Notes under the pieces: model-generated
The model's input: only the letters and a program-made list of their open reading frames with translations
Told to the model about the DNA's origin: nothing
Database searches by the model: none
Assembly: GCF_023333595.1 (NCBI RefSeq)
Contig: NZ_JAIQZM010000001.1
Location: forward strand, 460,681 to 524,680
From: Argonema galeatum A003/A1
GTDB taxonomy: Bacteria; Cyanobacteriota; Cyanobacteriia; Cyanobacteriales; Aerosakkonemataceae
Direction of reading: 5' to 3'
Length of the DNA: 64,000 nucleotides
Part shown: one piece after another, positions 1-13,085 of the stretch
How positions within the stretch are numbered: the stretch's first letter is position 1
How the letters are laid out: each line of letters opens with the position of its first letter
Position numbers and translations under genes: made by a program

Positions 1-42
1 AGAACGCATTTAAAAGTCTCACGCCAGCGTAAAGATTTTGCT

Positions 43-501
43 GTGAAATTAGCAAGATGCGTAGTGATGTCTAATGACATCGTGGCGGTGGAGGACTTAA
101 AGGTGCGAAACATGGTAAAAAATCATCATTTAGCTAAGTCAATTAGCGATGCCGCTTGGTCACAATTTAGGGAATGGCTAGAATATTTTGCACTTAAATT
201 TGGCAAAATTGTTGTAGCTGTTCCGCCTCATTTCACCAGTCAGAATTGTTCGGGTTGTGGGCAGATTGTGAAAAAATCCCTATCTATTCGCACCCACGTT
301 TGTAAATGTGGAGTTGTTTTAGATAGGGATGAAAATGCCGCAATTAATATTTTAATTAAGGCATTAAGATTGCTTGGTTATGTTTCAAATACGGTAGGGC
401 ATACCGAAATTAACGCTTGTGGAGAGATGATCCTCTACTTAAATCTGGAAACAGCGTTTAAGCAAGATTGCTCGTTTAAGCAAGAATCCCCGTCCCTTTA
501 G
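43..501 (+). pseudogene. tnpB: TnpB (IS200/IS605 OrfB) C-terminal remnant, ~150 aa. In-frame stops in all three frames within nt 1-42 show it is 5'-truncated.
   Basis: Translation matches the TnpB C-terminus: '...VEDLKVRNMVKNHHLAKSISDAAWSQFREWLEY...' followed by the zinc-ribbon 'CSGCGQIV...HVCKCGVVLDRDENAAINI'. Full-length TnpB is ~400 aa. The ORF begins with GTG at 43. Confidence 0.7.
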
Positions 502-775
502 GGCTGGGGAGTGTCAAGATATTCCTTGCGATAAGCGACGAAACAAAGTGTCGGATTTGTTGGAGGGGTACGGACGGCGGGTGCAATATTCGGTGTTTGA
601 ATGTGTGCTGTCTTCTAGTAAATATGAGGAATTGCGGGAAAGATTGAGGGAAAGGGTAAAGCTGGAGGAGGATAATGTGCGATTTTATCCTTTGTCTGGG
701 CATACTTTGGGACAGGTGGAAACTTGGGGCGTTGGGCCGTCTGTGACTGAGTTGCCTGGGTCGGTGATTATTTAG
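443..775 (+). pseudogene. cas2: Cas2 remnant. The N-terminal beta-strand and the initial Met are missing, and it abuts the TnpB remnant.
   Basis: The open frame from 443 reads '...QDIPCDKRRNKVSDLLEGYGRRVQYSVFECVL...RFYPL', the canonical Cas2 core (DxxDDKRR...LLEGYG.RVQYSVFEC). No ATG or conserved 'M..LV.YDI' start is present. The frame opens directly after a stop, overlapping the tnpB remnant's 3' end. Confidence 0.7.
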
Positions 776-960
776 GTTTGGTTGCGAGGCTGAGGAAAAA
801 TGGCTGGATTGACGCTGTTTCGTTGCGAGCCTCGCAGCTGTGCTGGGTAAGGGTTTGGGGGATTTTCCCAAGGCGAGGTTGTCTGGTTTTGTGGTAGGAT
901 TAACTGAGCTTCGCAAATGCCTTCTGGACATTAGGCCAGGTCAGGGTTTCAGAAGCAGCC
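776..960 (+). promoter_or_regulatory. CRISPR leader (between cas2 and the first repeat)
   Basis: A 185-bp non-coding segment lies immediately upstream of repeat 1 on the transcribed strand. It contains an inverted repeat GCGAGGCT...AGCCTCGC. Confidence 0.5.
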
Positions 961-2438
961 CTCCCTACTCGCTAGGGAAATTAGTTGAATGGAAACTTCG
1001 TCAGCTTTAGCTACTGATAGATATCGGTTTTGATCTTCATCCCTACTCGCTAGGGAAATTAGTTGAATGGAAACTTCATCAGCCATTCGTGTTTCCGCTT
1101 TAGAGACTTTGATGACTCCCTACTCGCTAGGGAAATTAGTTGAATGGAAACTCTAGTAGCGTGATTTCGCCATTGACGGTGATTTTAATTTCCACTTCTC
1201 CCTACTCGCTAGGGAAATTAGTTGAATGGAAACAATTCGGGGAGGAAATGCTCAATTGCTTTGATTGCAGCCTCCCTACTCGCTAGGGAAATTAGTTGAA
1301 TGGAAACTGTGACAAAAACAGCGAACTAAGAGGGTTGTTTTTTGATCTCCCTACTCGCTAGGGAAATTAGTTGAATGGAAACTTTCCACACTCATCAATG
1401 TATGGGTCGCCACCCAGTATGCTCCCTACTCGCTAGGGAAATTAGTTGAATGGAAACCCTTAGAAGGGATGGTGGCGGAGATGAAGAAAAGATATCTCCC
1501 TACTCGCTAGGGAAATTAGTTGAATGGAAACGGAAGAAGGATCTTAACTTTGGTTCCTACTTGAAATCTTTGCTCCCTACTCGCTAGGGAAATTAGTTGA
1601 ATGGAAACCCTCGGCGGGTGGTGGTGGGCGCTCAGCAGCTTGCCTCCCTACTCGCTAGGGAAATTAGTTGAATGGAAACGCGCTTCTACCTGTTGTAATA
1701 GGCTCGATAGCAACTCTAGGGACTCCCTACTCGCTAGGGAAATTAGTTGAATGGAAACTTCCCCCGATCGGGATCTGAAAGCCCGTTGAGCAAATCTCCC
1801 TACTCGCTAGGGAAATTAGTTGAATGGAAACCTACAAGGGTTAAATTTCCCCTTAAAGACCTTAAAAGCCTCCCTACTCGCTAGGGAAATTAGTTGAATG
1901 GAAACTTAGCATCGAAGTTATTGGGTTTGGGCTTGACGGCAACTCCCTACTCGCTAGGGAAATTAGTTGAATGGAAACCTTTAATCCCAAAAGTTGAATG
2001 GGAGGCTTTTCCATCCTCCCTACTCGCTAGGGAAATTAGTTGAATGGAAACCTCTTCTTGGGATATCCGCAAAGATAAAATTCCTAAGCCTCCCTACTCG
2101 CTAGGGAAATTAGTTGAATGGAAACTACCATAACCCTTTAAATGTGGGTTCGTATTTACACACCCATCTCCCTACTCGCTAGGGAAATTAGTTGAATGGA
2201 AACTTATTTATCAGGTCTTGTTTTGCAGTGGCCTTCATCTCAAACTCCCTACTCGCTAGGGAAATTAGTTGAATGGAAACATCCATTCCAGGCAAGTTTT
2301 ACAGTATTTCCGGGCTCTCCCTACTCGCTAGGGAAATTAGTTGAATGGAAACAAGCTAGTTTGACGATACGCTTGCAAAGCGTTATGAAGGAAACGCCTA
2401 TACTCCCTACTCGCTAGGGAAATTAGTTGAATGGAAAC
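961..2438 (+). CRISPR. CRISPR array with 20 repeats and 19 spacers. The repeat is CTCCCTACTCGCTAGGGAAATTAGTTGAATGGAAAC (36 bp); spacers are 35-50 bp.
   Basis: Repeats were located by eye at 961, 1039, 1116, 1198, 1272, 1347, 1422, 1496, 1573, 1644, 1723, 1796, 1870, 1943, 2016, 2090, 2168, 2245, 2317 and 2403. The repeat has an internal hairpin CCCTA-ctcg-CTAGGG and a 3' ...ATGGAAAC, the typical type I/III Cas6 8-nt handle, so it is transcribed on the + strand. Repeat 2 carries a 5' variant (AT instead of CT). Confidence 0.95.
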
Positions 2439-2446
2439 AACAGAAC

Positions 2447-2488
2447 AGAGAAACCCGGTTTCTTCAAGAAACCGGGTTTCTGAACCCA
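2447..2488. repeat. REP-2 unit (AGAAACCCGGTTTCT ... AGAAACCGGGTTTCT palindrome pair), lying directly after the last CRISPR repeat
   Basis: Same palindromic element as the cluster at 33069-33600 and the copies at 34203-34243 and 51961-52008. Confidence 0.8.
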
Positions 2489-2507
2489 CAGGTAACTTTT
2501 GACGAGC

Positions 2508-3318
2508 CTATAAAACATTAAACCTAGCCAACAATTCCGCACGGGATAAATTAGACAATTGCAACAACAAAGCCGTTGAATTTGCTAGCGGCAATGCCAA
2601 CAAAGGCTCAATAATTGCTGTTAGTTCCTCATCCAATTCCCCAAATTTCGCCCTCAACAAATTTTCCACAAAAATTCGCTGTCCTTGCCCAATACCCCGC
2701 TCAATACCTTGCCCAATACCGCGCTCAATACCGCGCTCAATACCGCGTTCGATACCGCGCTCGATACCTTGCTCGATACCTTGCTCGATACCTTGCTGAG
2801 TAGCTTCAGCTAAACGTTGCTCGTAAAGTGGTGACAAACGCATAATTAAATCTCGCTCCTCTGGTTCTAAATTTTGCTTTACCTCTAATATAGTCTTGAG
2901 GTTACTTAACAACTCCAACGCCACACCCCGTAACGGGTCATTTTCTGGAAGTGCCGCCAATTCATCAATCGCTTGTTGCTGCACTCTCCCTTTGCCTAAA
3001 ATTCGTAACCAAAGTGTTTCTGGCGTTGGCGGTAATTGGTGAACAACCACAATTGCCCCTTTCCAATGTGCAGGCAAAAAATAAACCCCGCTAACCCAGT
3101 TATCTAGATCGAGTTTAGCTCCAAAACCTGCCAATAGGAAGTCTGATGCAGTGGGACAAATTATCCACAGATGAGGTAAATCTGTCTCCTCAACACGGGT
3201 ATTATTTCGATTTCCCGAACTTCACCAGCAATATTACGACTTGTTTCTACCTCTCCCAACGGTGATAACAATTCTTTCAGATAGTCTTTAGCAAATTGGT
3301 CGTAAGGAAATACAGTCA
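2508..3318 (-). pseudogene. DUF4351 (Rpn/YhgA-like PD-(D/E)XK family) protein, frameshifted near 3150-3165
   Basis: ATG at 3318 gives 'MTVFPYDQFAKDYLKELLSPLGEVETSRNIAGEVREIEIIPVLRRQIYLICG*'. The -1 frame continues '...DLPHLWIICPTASDFLLAGFGAKLDLDNW...' into the 208-aa ORF, which begins with TTG. The C-terminus 'RIFVENLLRAKFGELDEELTAIIEPLLALPLANSTALLLQL' is a DUF4351-type signature preceded by (QGIE)n repeats, encoded by a 12-bp DNA repeat at ~2700-2810. Confidence 0.6.
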
Positions 3319-3559
3319 TTCAATTTTTGATTTTTGATTTTTGATTGAGGAATTGAGGAATTGCTTAAGTCAATTATAATAGTTAGCCCAGAAACCGGGT
3401 TTCTTTTCTGCGTAGCGCGATCGCACTAAATTGTCAAGCCAAAGCAAATAATCAATCAAAACTCACCATATCACCGGAAAACCTCACCAGCACCAGCTTT
3501 AAGACCTCAGATTAAAAAAATATGGATATTTACTTACTCTGGCTTTTTTGGCATAATGC

Positions 3560-7741
<4,182 letters not shown>

Positions 7742-7742
<1 letters not shown>

Positions 7743-8647
7743 TGAAAATGAAAGACTTTCGGATTGGTTATCTTTACAGTCTCGCACCGATTCACTGCGG
7801 TGGAGAAGGCGACTTAGGCAATATTTTAGAAATTGCCCGTGAAGTGCATACAAATTTCCCTTATGTGCCAGGTTCATCCTTTCGAGGTAGCTTGAGAGAT
7901 GAAGTGAAATTGCTGGATGCTAATGCAGCAGATATTCTATTTGGTAGAGAATTAGATGCACAAGGTCAAATGGGGGTGCATCAAGTTTGGTTTGGCGATG
8001 CGCGCTTGTTGTGGATTCCCATGCGAACCATGTCTTTAAGAGGCGGTACTGATATTTTCACTTGGGTAAGTTGTAACTCTTTAATTAGAGATCGTGCGAT
8101 CGCTTCTGGCAAACAATTTGTTACTTTTCCAAATCGACCAGTGGGAACTCGTGCGGGTACTTACGTTGTAGCAGATGCACAGATTGAAGTATCCGCTATG
8201 TCTGACCAACAAAAACAGGCGATCGCACTTTCTGAAAACTGGCCTTCTTCACTACAAGATTCCGTAAAACCAACTTGGGAACAAAATCAAATTGTCCTAC
8301 CGGATGCAGATTTCCAAGTTTTAATGGAACATTCACTCTGGACGCAAATTCGCAACAAAATTCAGGATGAAACAAAAGGAGCAAATCAAGCAGGTTCTGC
8401 CGAAGGATTTTGGACGGATGTTTGCATTCCCAGAGATACAATTTTGTATTTTACCTGGGGCTACCGCTTACTAAAAGAAAACCCCGTTACTTCGTCTAAA
8501 CACGATTTAATGATGGAAGTCCTTCAAGGCTTATTGCAAGTTGGTGGACAAGCAAATGTAGGAAGAGGTTGGGTGCAAAGTTGGGTTAGCGATAACACCT
8601 TTCAACCCGCTGTATCCGAGTCCACCGCAACGCCAGTAGGAGTTTAA
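7742..8647 (+). CDS. cmr4: Cmr4 (Cas7 backbone RAMP)
   Basis: 'MKMKDFRIGYLYSLAPIHCGGEGDLGNILEIAREVHTNFPYVPGSSFRGSLRDEV' carries the Cmr4/Csm3-type 'IPGSS.RG.LR' motif. The RBS AAGGAG precedes it at 7734-7739, and the start overlaps the cmr3 stop in a TAATG. Confidence 0.85.
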
Positions 8648-8649
8648 TC

Positions 8650-9240
8650 ATGTCTAAGAAACACAAATCGTCTCAATTTCCTACCTCTCGATCGAATCCT
8701 CCCAATCAATCACCAGCAGGACAAAATGGCAATCTTATCAAGCCTAATAGTATGCCAAATTCTACACCTGCGTTACAAGAAGCGATCGCACCTTCCGAAC
8801 CTAGCAGGATAAAGCCAGAACAAATCAGTTTAGATGCTCATCACCACATTCAGAAATATCTGGAGATTAGCCACAAGTCAAATGTAGATAAAAATGACTT
8901 GAATGCTGTTTTGCGACTATCTCAGCACCTGCGAGTATTTGGTTTACTTTCGGCAGTAGGTTATCTCAATCAGTCCAATGCACAGGAAAATAACGAAACT
9001 CGTAAAAGAACCTTTCCAGTATGGCGAGTGTTATTAGGGCAAATGAGTGATGAAATTAATCCACCCGGTACTCGCAAACTGATGGAAATAGAAGCTCCAA
9101 ATGAGATGGCAAGAGAGTTAATGAAAGAAGTAGTCAAAATGGCTAACGAGCGACCATCTGAGTACATGGCAAGTTGGCGAAAATCTCTTAATTTATCCAA
9201 TCAATGGAATTTTTGGGCAAGAGCCTATCAGGAGGATTAA
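8650..9240 (+). CDS. cmr5: Cmr5 (Cas11 small subunit) with a ~60-aa low-complexity N-terminal extension
   Basis: It occupies the Cmr5 position in the operon. The helical core '...LNAVLRLSQHLRVFGLLSAVGYLNQ...' resembles the Cmr5 'lP.lI..nGLl..laf' region. The N-terminus is Ser/Pro/Asn-rich. Confidence 0.65.
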   Translation: MSKKHKSSQFPTSRSNPPNQSPAGQNGNLIKPNSMPNSTPALQEAIAPSEPSRIKPEQISLDAHHHIQKYLEISHKSNVDKNDLNAVLRLSQHLRVFGLLSAVGYLNQSNAQENNETRKRTFPVWRVLLGQMSDEINPPGTRKLMEIEAPNEMARELMKEVVKMANERPSEYMASWRKSLNLSNQWNFWARAYQED

Positions 9241-10955
9241 TGTATTCTGGAAATCGATTAATTGAACTGTTGGAAAAACAGCACGAAATGCGATCGCAAC
9301 AGGCAGAAAAATACAAAGGCTTGTTTAAAAAAAGCACATTTACTATCCAGTGGCGAGCCAAAGTCGGTTCTTTTCCTCACCCAGATTTAGAAACGATTGT
9401 TTCTGCGGGTGAACCTTGCGGTGCGTGGAAACTAAATAACGGAAGACCAGAAGATAAACGTAATGTAGGTAAGAACTGGGATTTCTTATCAGTGCTACCA
9501 CTGAACGGATATATTCCAGGGTCTTCCATTCGAGGATTGGTAAGAACTTGGGCAAAACAAAGACCTGAAATTAAGCCAAGAATGCTTGAAATATTAGGGT
9601 TTCAAGATAAGGAAAACATTACGCCTGGAAAGATTGAATTTTTGGATGCTTGGCCTGAAATAGCAACGAAGTTAACATTAGATATCGTTAACCCGCAAGA
9701 GCATTTTCAAGTTTATCATCAACGGCAAAGTAAGCCCCTATCTTTCTATACGCTAGGCAACGGTGAGAAACCTATAAATGTAACTGTTGCGATTCGGGGT
9801 ATTCCCGGTAAAGTTACAGAAACAGAGGTTGAAGAAGTATGGGAATGGGTGCAACAAGCACTTAGTTTATATGGAGTTGGCAGTCGCACTGCTTCTGGAT
9901 ATGGTGCGATTAAAACTGCTAACTTATCTAAACCAATTATTGACCCTAACTATCCTGTAAAGCAATTTGATTTTATCCTCTACAGTCAGGGATGCTACGG
10001 TGCAGATCCCAACTCTCCAGATTTGCGCCCCGCCCATTGGCGAGGATGGTTACGCTCTTGGGTTTTACGGTTTCTCTTGGGAGTAATGTCTCAACAAAAC
10101 GCCCAAAAAACTTTAGGAGAACTGTTCGGCACTTTGGATGCAGGAGATGGAAAAAGTCGCAAAGGATGCGTGCGTTTGGAAATGATTAAAGAAAAAACTT
10201 GGGGTGAAGTTTCTGGAAATCAGCCACGTTTTTATACCTGGAAAGGTCATTTAAAAATTAGCGCACCCAAAGATATTTTCAACAAAATTGTTTTGCCCAT
10301 AGTCAAATTTGCCGTGATGGTTGGTGGTGTAGGTAGAGGTTGGCGCAGACCTTTGCATATTTTCGTTATGAATAACAACGGTAGGTCTGCCGCCAGAGGA
10401 ACTTATTTAAGTTTAACGCACAAGATTAGAAAACCGGATAGTAATGAATATCAAGTTAAACTGTACGGAATAGCTTGTAATCCTTCAGATTGGCAAAAAC
10501 TTTATCAAGATTGGCAAAGTGCTGTTCAACTTCAATGGTCTGATAGATACGCTCTGGGAAATAATCCGACAGCAGAAGTTTTTTCGCCAACAACTTGTGC
10601 TATTTATCTCGTTCCTGAACCATGTCAAGAGCCATTAGACCGACAAGATTTTCAATGGAGCATAACTAATCCTACTGATACTCGTGGGTGCGGTATGAAT
10701 TTAATTTACGACTTAAAGTATAAGAGAAAAATTGATGTAGGCGGTAATGCGGCGGGTGGAGGCAATGCTCATTGCTCTTGGGTGAGCATTAAGCGGGTGA
10801 ATATTCCTAATAAGGAACAAAATACAAATTGTCAAGAAGTTGTTTGCTTGTTTATGGGTGGACAAACACCTAATTCTAGTCATTTGCGATCGAGCTTTCT
10901 CAATGACCTCGTCCAAATCCCTGGTGCTGTTCGCCTATTTGGAGTGCAACCATGA
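9240..10955 (+). CDS. cmr6: Cmr6-like RAMP, atypically long (571 aa); possibly a Cmr1/Cmr6 fusion or expanded Cmr6
   Basis: RBS 'CAGGAGGA' lies at 9229-9236 and a TAATG overlap at 9238-9242. It carries a RAMP motif 'GYIPGSSIRGLVRTW' and a second Gly-rich loop 'VMVGGVGRGWRRP'. The C-terminal region is Cys/Gly-rich: 'CGMNLIYD...GGNAAGGGNAHCSW...CQEVVCLFMGG'. Confidence 0.7.
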   Translation: MYSGNRLIELLEKQHEMRSQQAEKYKGLFKKSTFTIQWRAKVGSFPHPDLETIVSAGEPCGAWKLNNGRPEDKRNVGKNWDFLSVLPLNGYIPGSSIRGLVRTWAKQRPEIKPRMLEILGFQDKENITPGKIEFLDAWPEIATKLTLDIVNPQEHFQVYHQRQSKPLSFYTLGNGEKPINVTVAIRGIPGKVTETEVEEVWEWVQQALSLYGVGSRTASGYGAIKTANLSKPIIDPNYPVKQFDFILYSQGCYGADPNSPDLRPAHWRGWLRSWVLRFLLGVMSQQNAQKTLGELFGTLDAGDGKSRKGCVRLEMIKEKTWGEVSGNQPRFYTWKGHLKISAPKDIFNKIVLPIVKFAVMVGGVGRGWRRPLHIFVMNNNGRSAARGTYLSLTHKIRKPDSNEYQVKLYGIACNPSDWQKLYQDWQSAVQLQWSDRYALGNNPTAEVFSPTTCAIYLVPEPCQEPLDRQDFQWSITNPTDTRGCGMNLIYDLKYKRKIDVGGNAAGGGNAHCSWVSIKRVNIPNKEQNTNCQEVVCLFMGGQTPNSSHLRSSFLNDLVQIPGAVRLFGVQP

Positions 10956-11035
10956 GAACAAGAATAGATCGATCGCTATCAATTACTCATGTAATGTAAC
11001 CTGAGTGAGGCGCTTTGACAGGTTTTGGAGATGTG

Positions 11036-12070
11036 TTATGCAGGTTGCGCCTCGATCGCACTTACTGGCCCTTTCGTTTCGATCGTATTAGTCACTTTGA
11101 ACCCTGCTGATGAAAGCAAATTATAAAACTCATCCTCTGTACGCATAAAATTACCACCAAGAAGAAACAAAGTTAAGCTACCCATACCAATAAAGGGCGA
11201 CATTTTGCCTTGAGGCAACATAAAATCAACAATTATCAGCCTATCTTTAGCTGTCATAGCTTGGTAGCAGTTCTTAAGAATTGTAATAGCATGAGTATCG
11301 TCCCAATTGAGGAGGACGCGAGAGAGTAAGTAAAGATCGCCACCAGAGGGAACCGAATCAAAAAAGCTTCCTCCCACTATTTGACACCTATCCGCAACCC
11401 CCGCCACTTCCAAAACCTTATCCGCACCGACAACAACATCTTCGCGATCGAATAAAATGGCTTGCATCTTCGGATTCGCCTTAAGAATAACAGCCGTTAG
11501 CGTTCCAATCCCCCCTCCAACATCCACAAGCGTCTTAACTTCTGAAAAATCATAAACTTCAAGAACTGGAAGCAGCCACTCCCTTGTCGTCTCCTTCATC
11601 CACTCATTAAAATTTACACTAGCCTCATAATTCTGCTTCAAATAACTATATAAACTCATTTTAAAAGTAGATTCAAATGCAGTTTGTCCTGTTTTTATCC
11701 CGTGCAGTAAATTACCCCATGCTTGATACAGTTCATCACCCATTGCCATAACTGTACCCCGTAAAGAATCAGAAGTTCCAGTTAAAAGATGTTTGCCAAG
11801 ATTATTTAATTGAAACTTATTATTATTTTCCGCAGAAAACACACCAACGCTTACCAGCATACGCATCAGGTGATAAATACTACGAGAATCTACCCCAGTA
11901 GCTTCGGCAAGTTCATCAGCAGTCTTAGAACCGTTACTGAGAATATCTGCAATTCCCAGTTTAGTGGCCACAAAAATGGCCTGCGATTTTTGATACCCAT
12001 ACATCATTTCTAGTAGCACTGACGATGAAGTTTCACCTTCGGTTTGGGCATTTTCTGAATATAAAGTCAT
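11036..12070 (-). CDS. Class I SAM-dependent O-methyltransferase (plant/COMT-like family 2), probably the tailoring enzyme of the adjacent NRPS-PKS
   Basis: The SAM motif is 'LVDVGGGIGTLTAVILKANPKMQAILFDRE' and an N-terminal dimerisation/winged-helix region is present. It is co-oriented with the PKS/NRPS genes. Confidence 0.75.
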   Translation of the reverse strand: MTLYSENAQTEGETSSSVLLEMMYGYQKSQAIFVATKLGIADILSNGSKTADELAEATGVDSRSIYHLMRMLVSVGVFSAENNNKFQLNNLGKHLLTGTSDSLRGTVMAMGDELYQAWGNLLHGIKTGQTAFESTFKMSLYSYLKQNYEASVNFNEWMKETTREWLLPVLEVYDFSEVKTLVDVGGGIGTLTAVILKANPKMQAILFDREDVVVGADKVLEVAGVADRCQIVGGSFFDSVPSGGDLYLLSRVLLNWDDTHAITILKNCYQAMTAKDRLIIVDFMLPQGKMSPFIGMGSLTLFLLGGNFMRTEDEFYNLLSSAGFKVTNTIETKGPVSAIEAQPA

Positions 12071-12108
12071 ACGATGTCCTTAAAAAATCATCTATTTAAA
12101 AATTGCAG

Positions 12109-12193
12109 AAGTAAGTAGTTGGGCTTTAGCCCTCTTAAAAAGTAAGTAGTTGGGCTTTAGCCCTCTTATGCGCCCAAGCCCAACTACGTACCT
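12109..12193. repeat. REP-1 units (GTAAGTAGTTGGGCTTTAGCCCTC x2, then an inverted GCCCAACTACGTACC) flanking a RAYT
   Basis: Direct and inverted copies of the TACGTAGTTGGGC core; see the other copies listed in the findings. Confidence 0.8.
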
Positions 12194-12351
12194 TAATCAT
12201 CCCATCCTTTTCCATAATCTCTTACCGGATATTCTACCCATGCACTTCTTAGCCACTCTCTTCCATGATACTCTAAATACCAATGTACGCTACTCGCTGA
12301 CCAATCATAAGGAGATTTTGCCCAGCTATGTTTGACAGGATTGTAATGGAT

Positions 12352-12783
12352 CTAATTAATGGTTGTATAATAATGTCTTTCCGAACGCATAGCGCGATCG
12401 CTAAACGAATGCCATACTTTACCTGTAAGATTATCCTCAAGATTCCATTGTCGAGCTAACAGGCCGTGAATCGAACGAAAGAGTACACTTAATTGTGACA
12501 TATTAACATGATGTACTAAGAGATGATAATGATTTGGTAAAACCACCCAAGCATTAATTTCTATACCATCTGAAATAAACTTATCAAAAATTATATCTAA
12601 AAGTTGATGACGGCGATCCTGAGTGTTAATACGAGATTTATGCTCAAAACAACTAACTGTAAGATGGTAAAATTCAGAATCTTGCACTGGATGAGGTGGA
12701 GAATGAGCAGGATATCCCTTAGCCAACCTTTGATTGACAAGTTGCACCCGTTCTTCTAGTGTCAATTTCCGATATTCATACAT
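12352..12783 (-). mobile_element. REP-associated tyrosine transposase (RAYT, IS200/Y1-like), 143 aa
   Basis: 'YHLTVSCFEHKSRI...AWVVLPNHYHLLVHH' carries the HuH motif 'HYH'. The conserved C-terminus is '...WHSFSDRAM'. REP-1 arrays flank it on both sides. Confidence 0.8.
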
Positions 12784-12786
12784 AAA

Positions 12787-13085
12787 GGTAAGTAGTTGGG
12801 CTTCAGCCCTCTTAAAAGGTAAGGTAAGTAGTTGGGCTTCAGCCCTCTTAAAAGGTAAGGTAAGTAGTTGGGCTTTAGCCCTCTTAAAAGGTATAGCAAC
12901 CGCCAGGGCGGTTAGGACATTCTTAATTCCTCAATCTCTTGATTATACCCCCTTCTTACCCTAGCCCCTAGCAATCTTAGCCCCTAGTCCCAAGCTATAC
13001 GTAGTTGGGCTAAAGCCCTCTGAGGGCTTTAGCCCAACTACGTACCAGCTTGATGCCCTCAGAGGGCTTTAGCCCAACTACTTAC
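12787..13085. repeat. REP-1 array: three direct units at 12787-12893, then inverted pairs at 12996-13085
   Basis: '(AGGTAAGGTAAGTAGTTGGGCTTYAGCCCTCTTAAA)x3' followed by 'TACGTAGTTGGGCTAAAGCCCTCTGAGGGCTTTAGCCCAACTACGTACC'. Confidence 0.85.

Noticed and set aside
548-775. 75-aa ORF called as an independent small gene starting at GTG 548
   Set aside because: The frame is open from 443 and matches the Cas2 core. It is better interpreted as a truncated Cas2 than as a stand-alone gene.
2615-2803. 62-aa '(AQYR)n' ORF
   Set aside because: It is antisense to the (QGIE)n repeat of the DUF4351 gene and is a repeat artefact.
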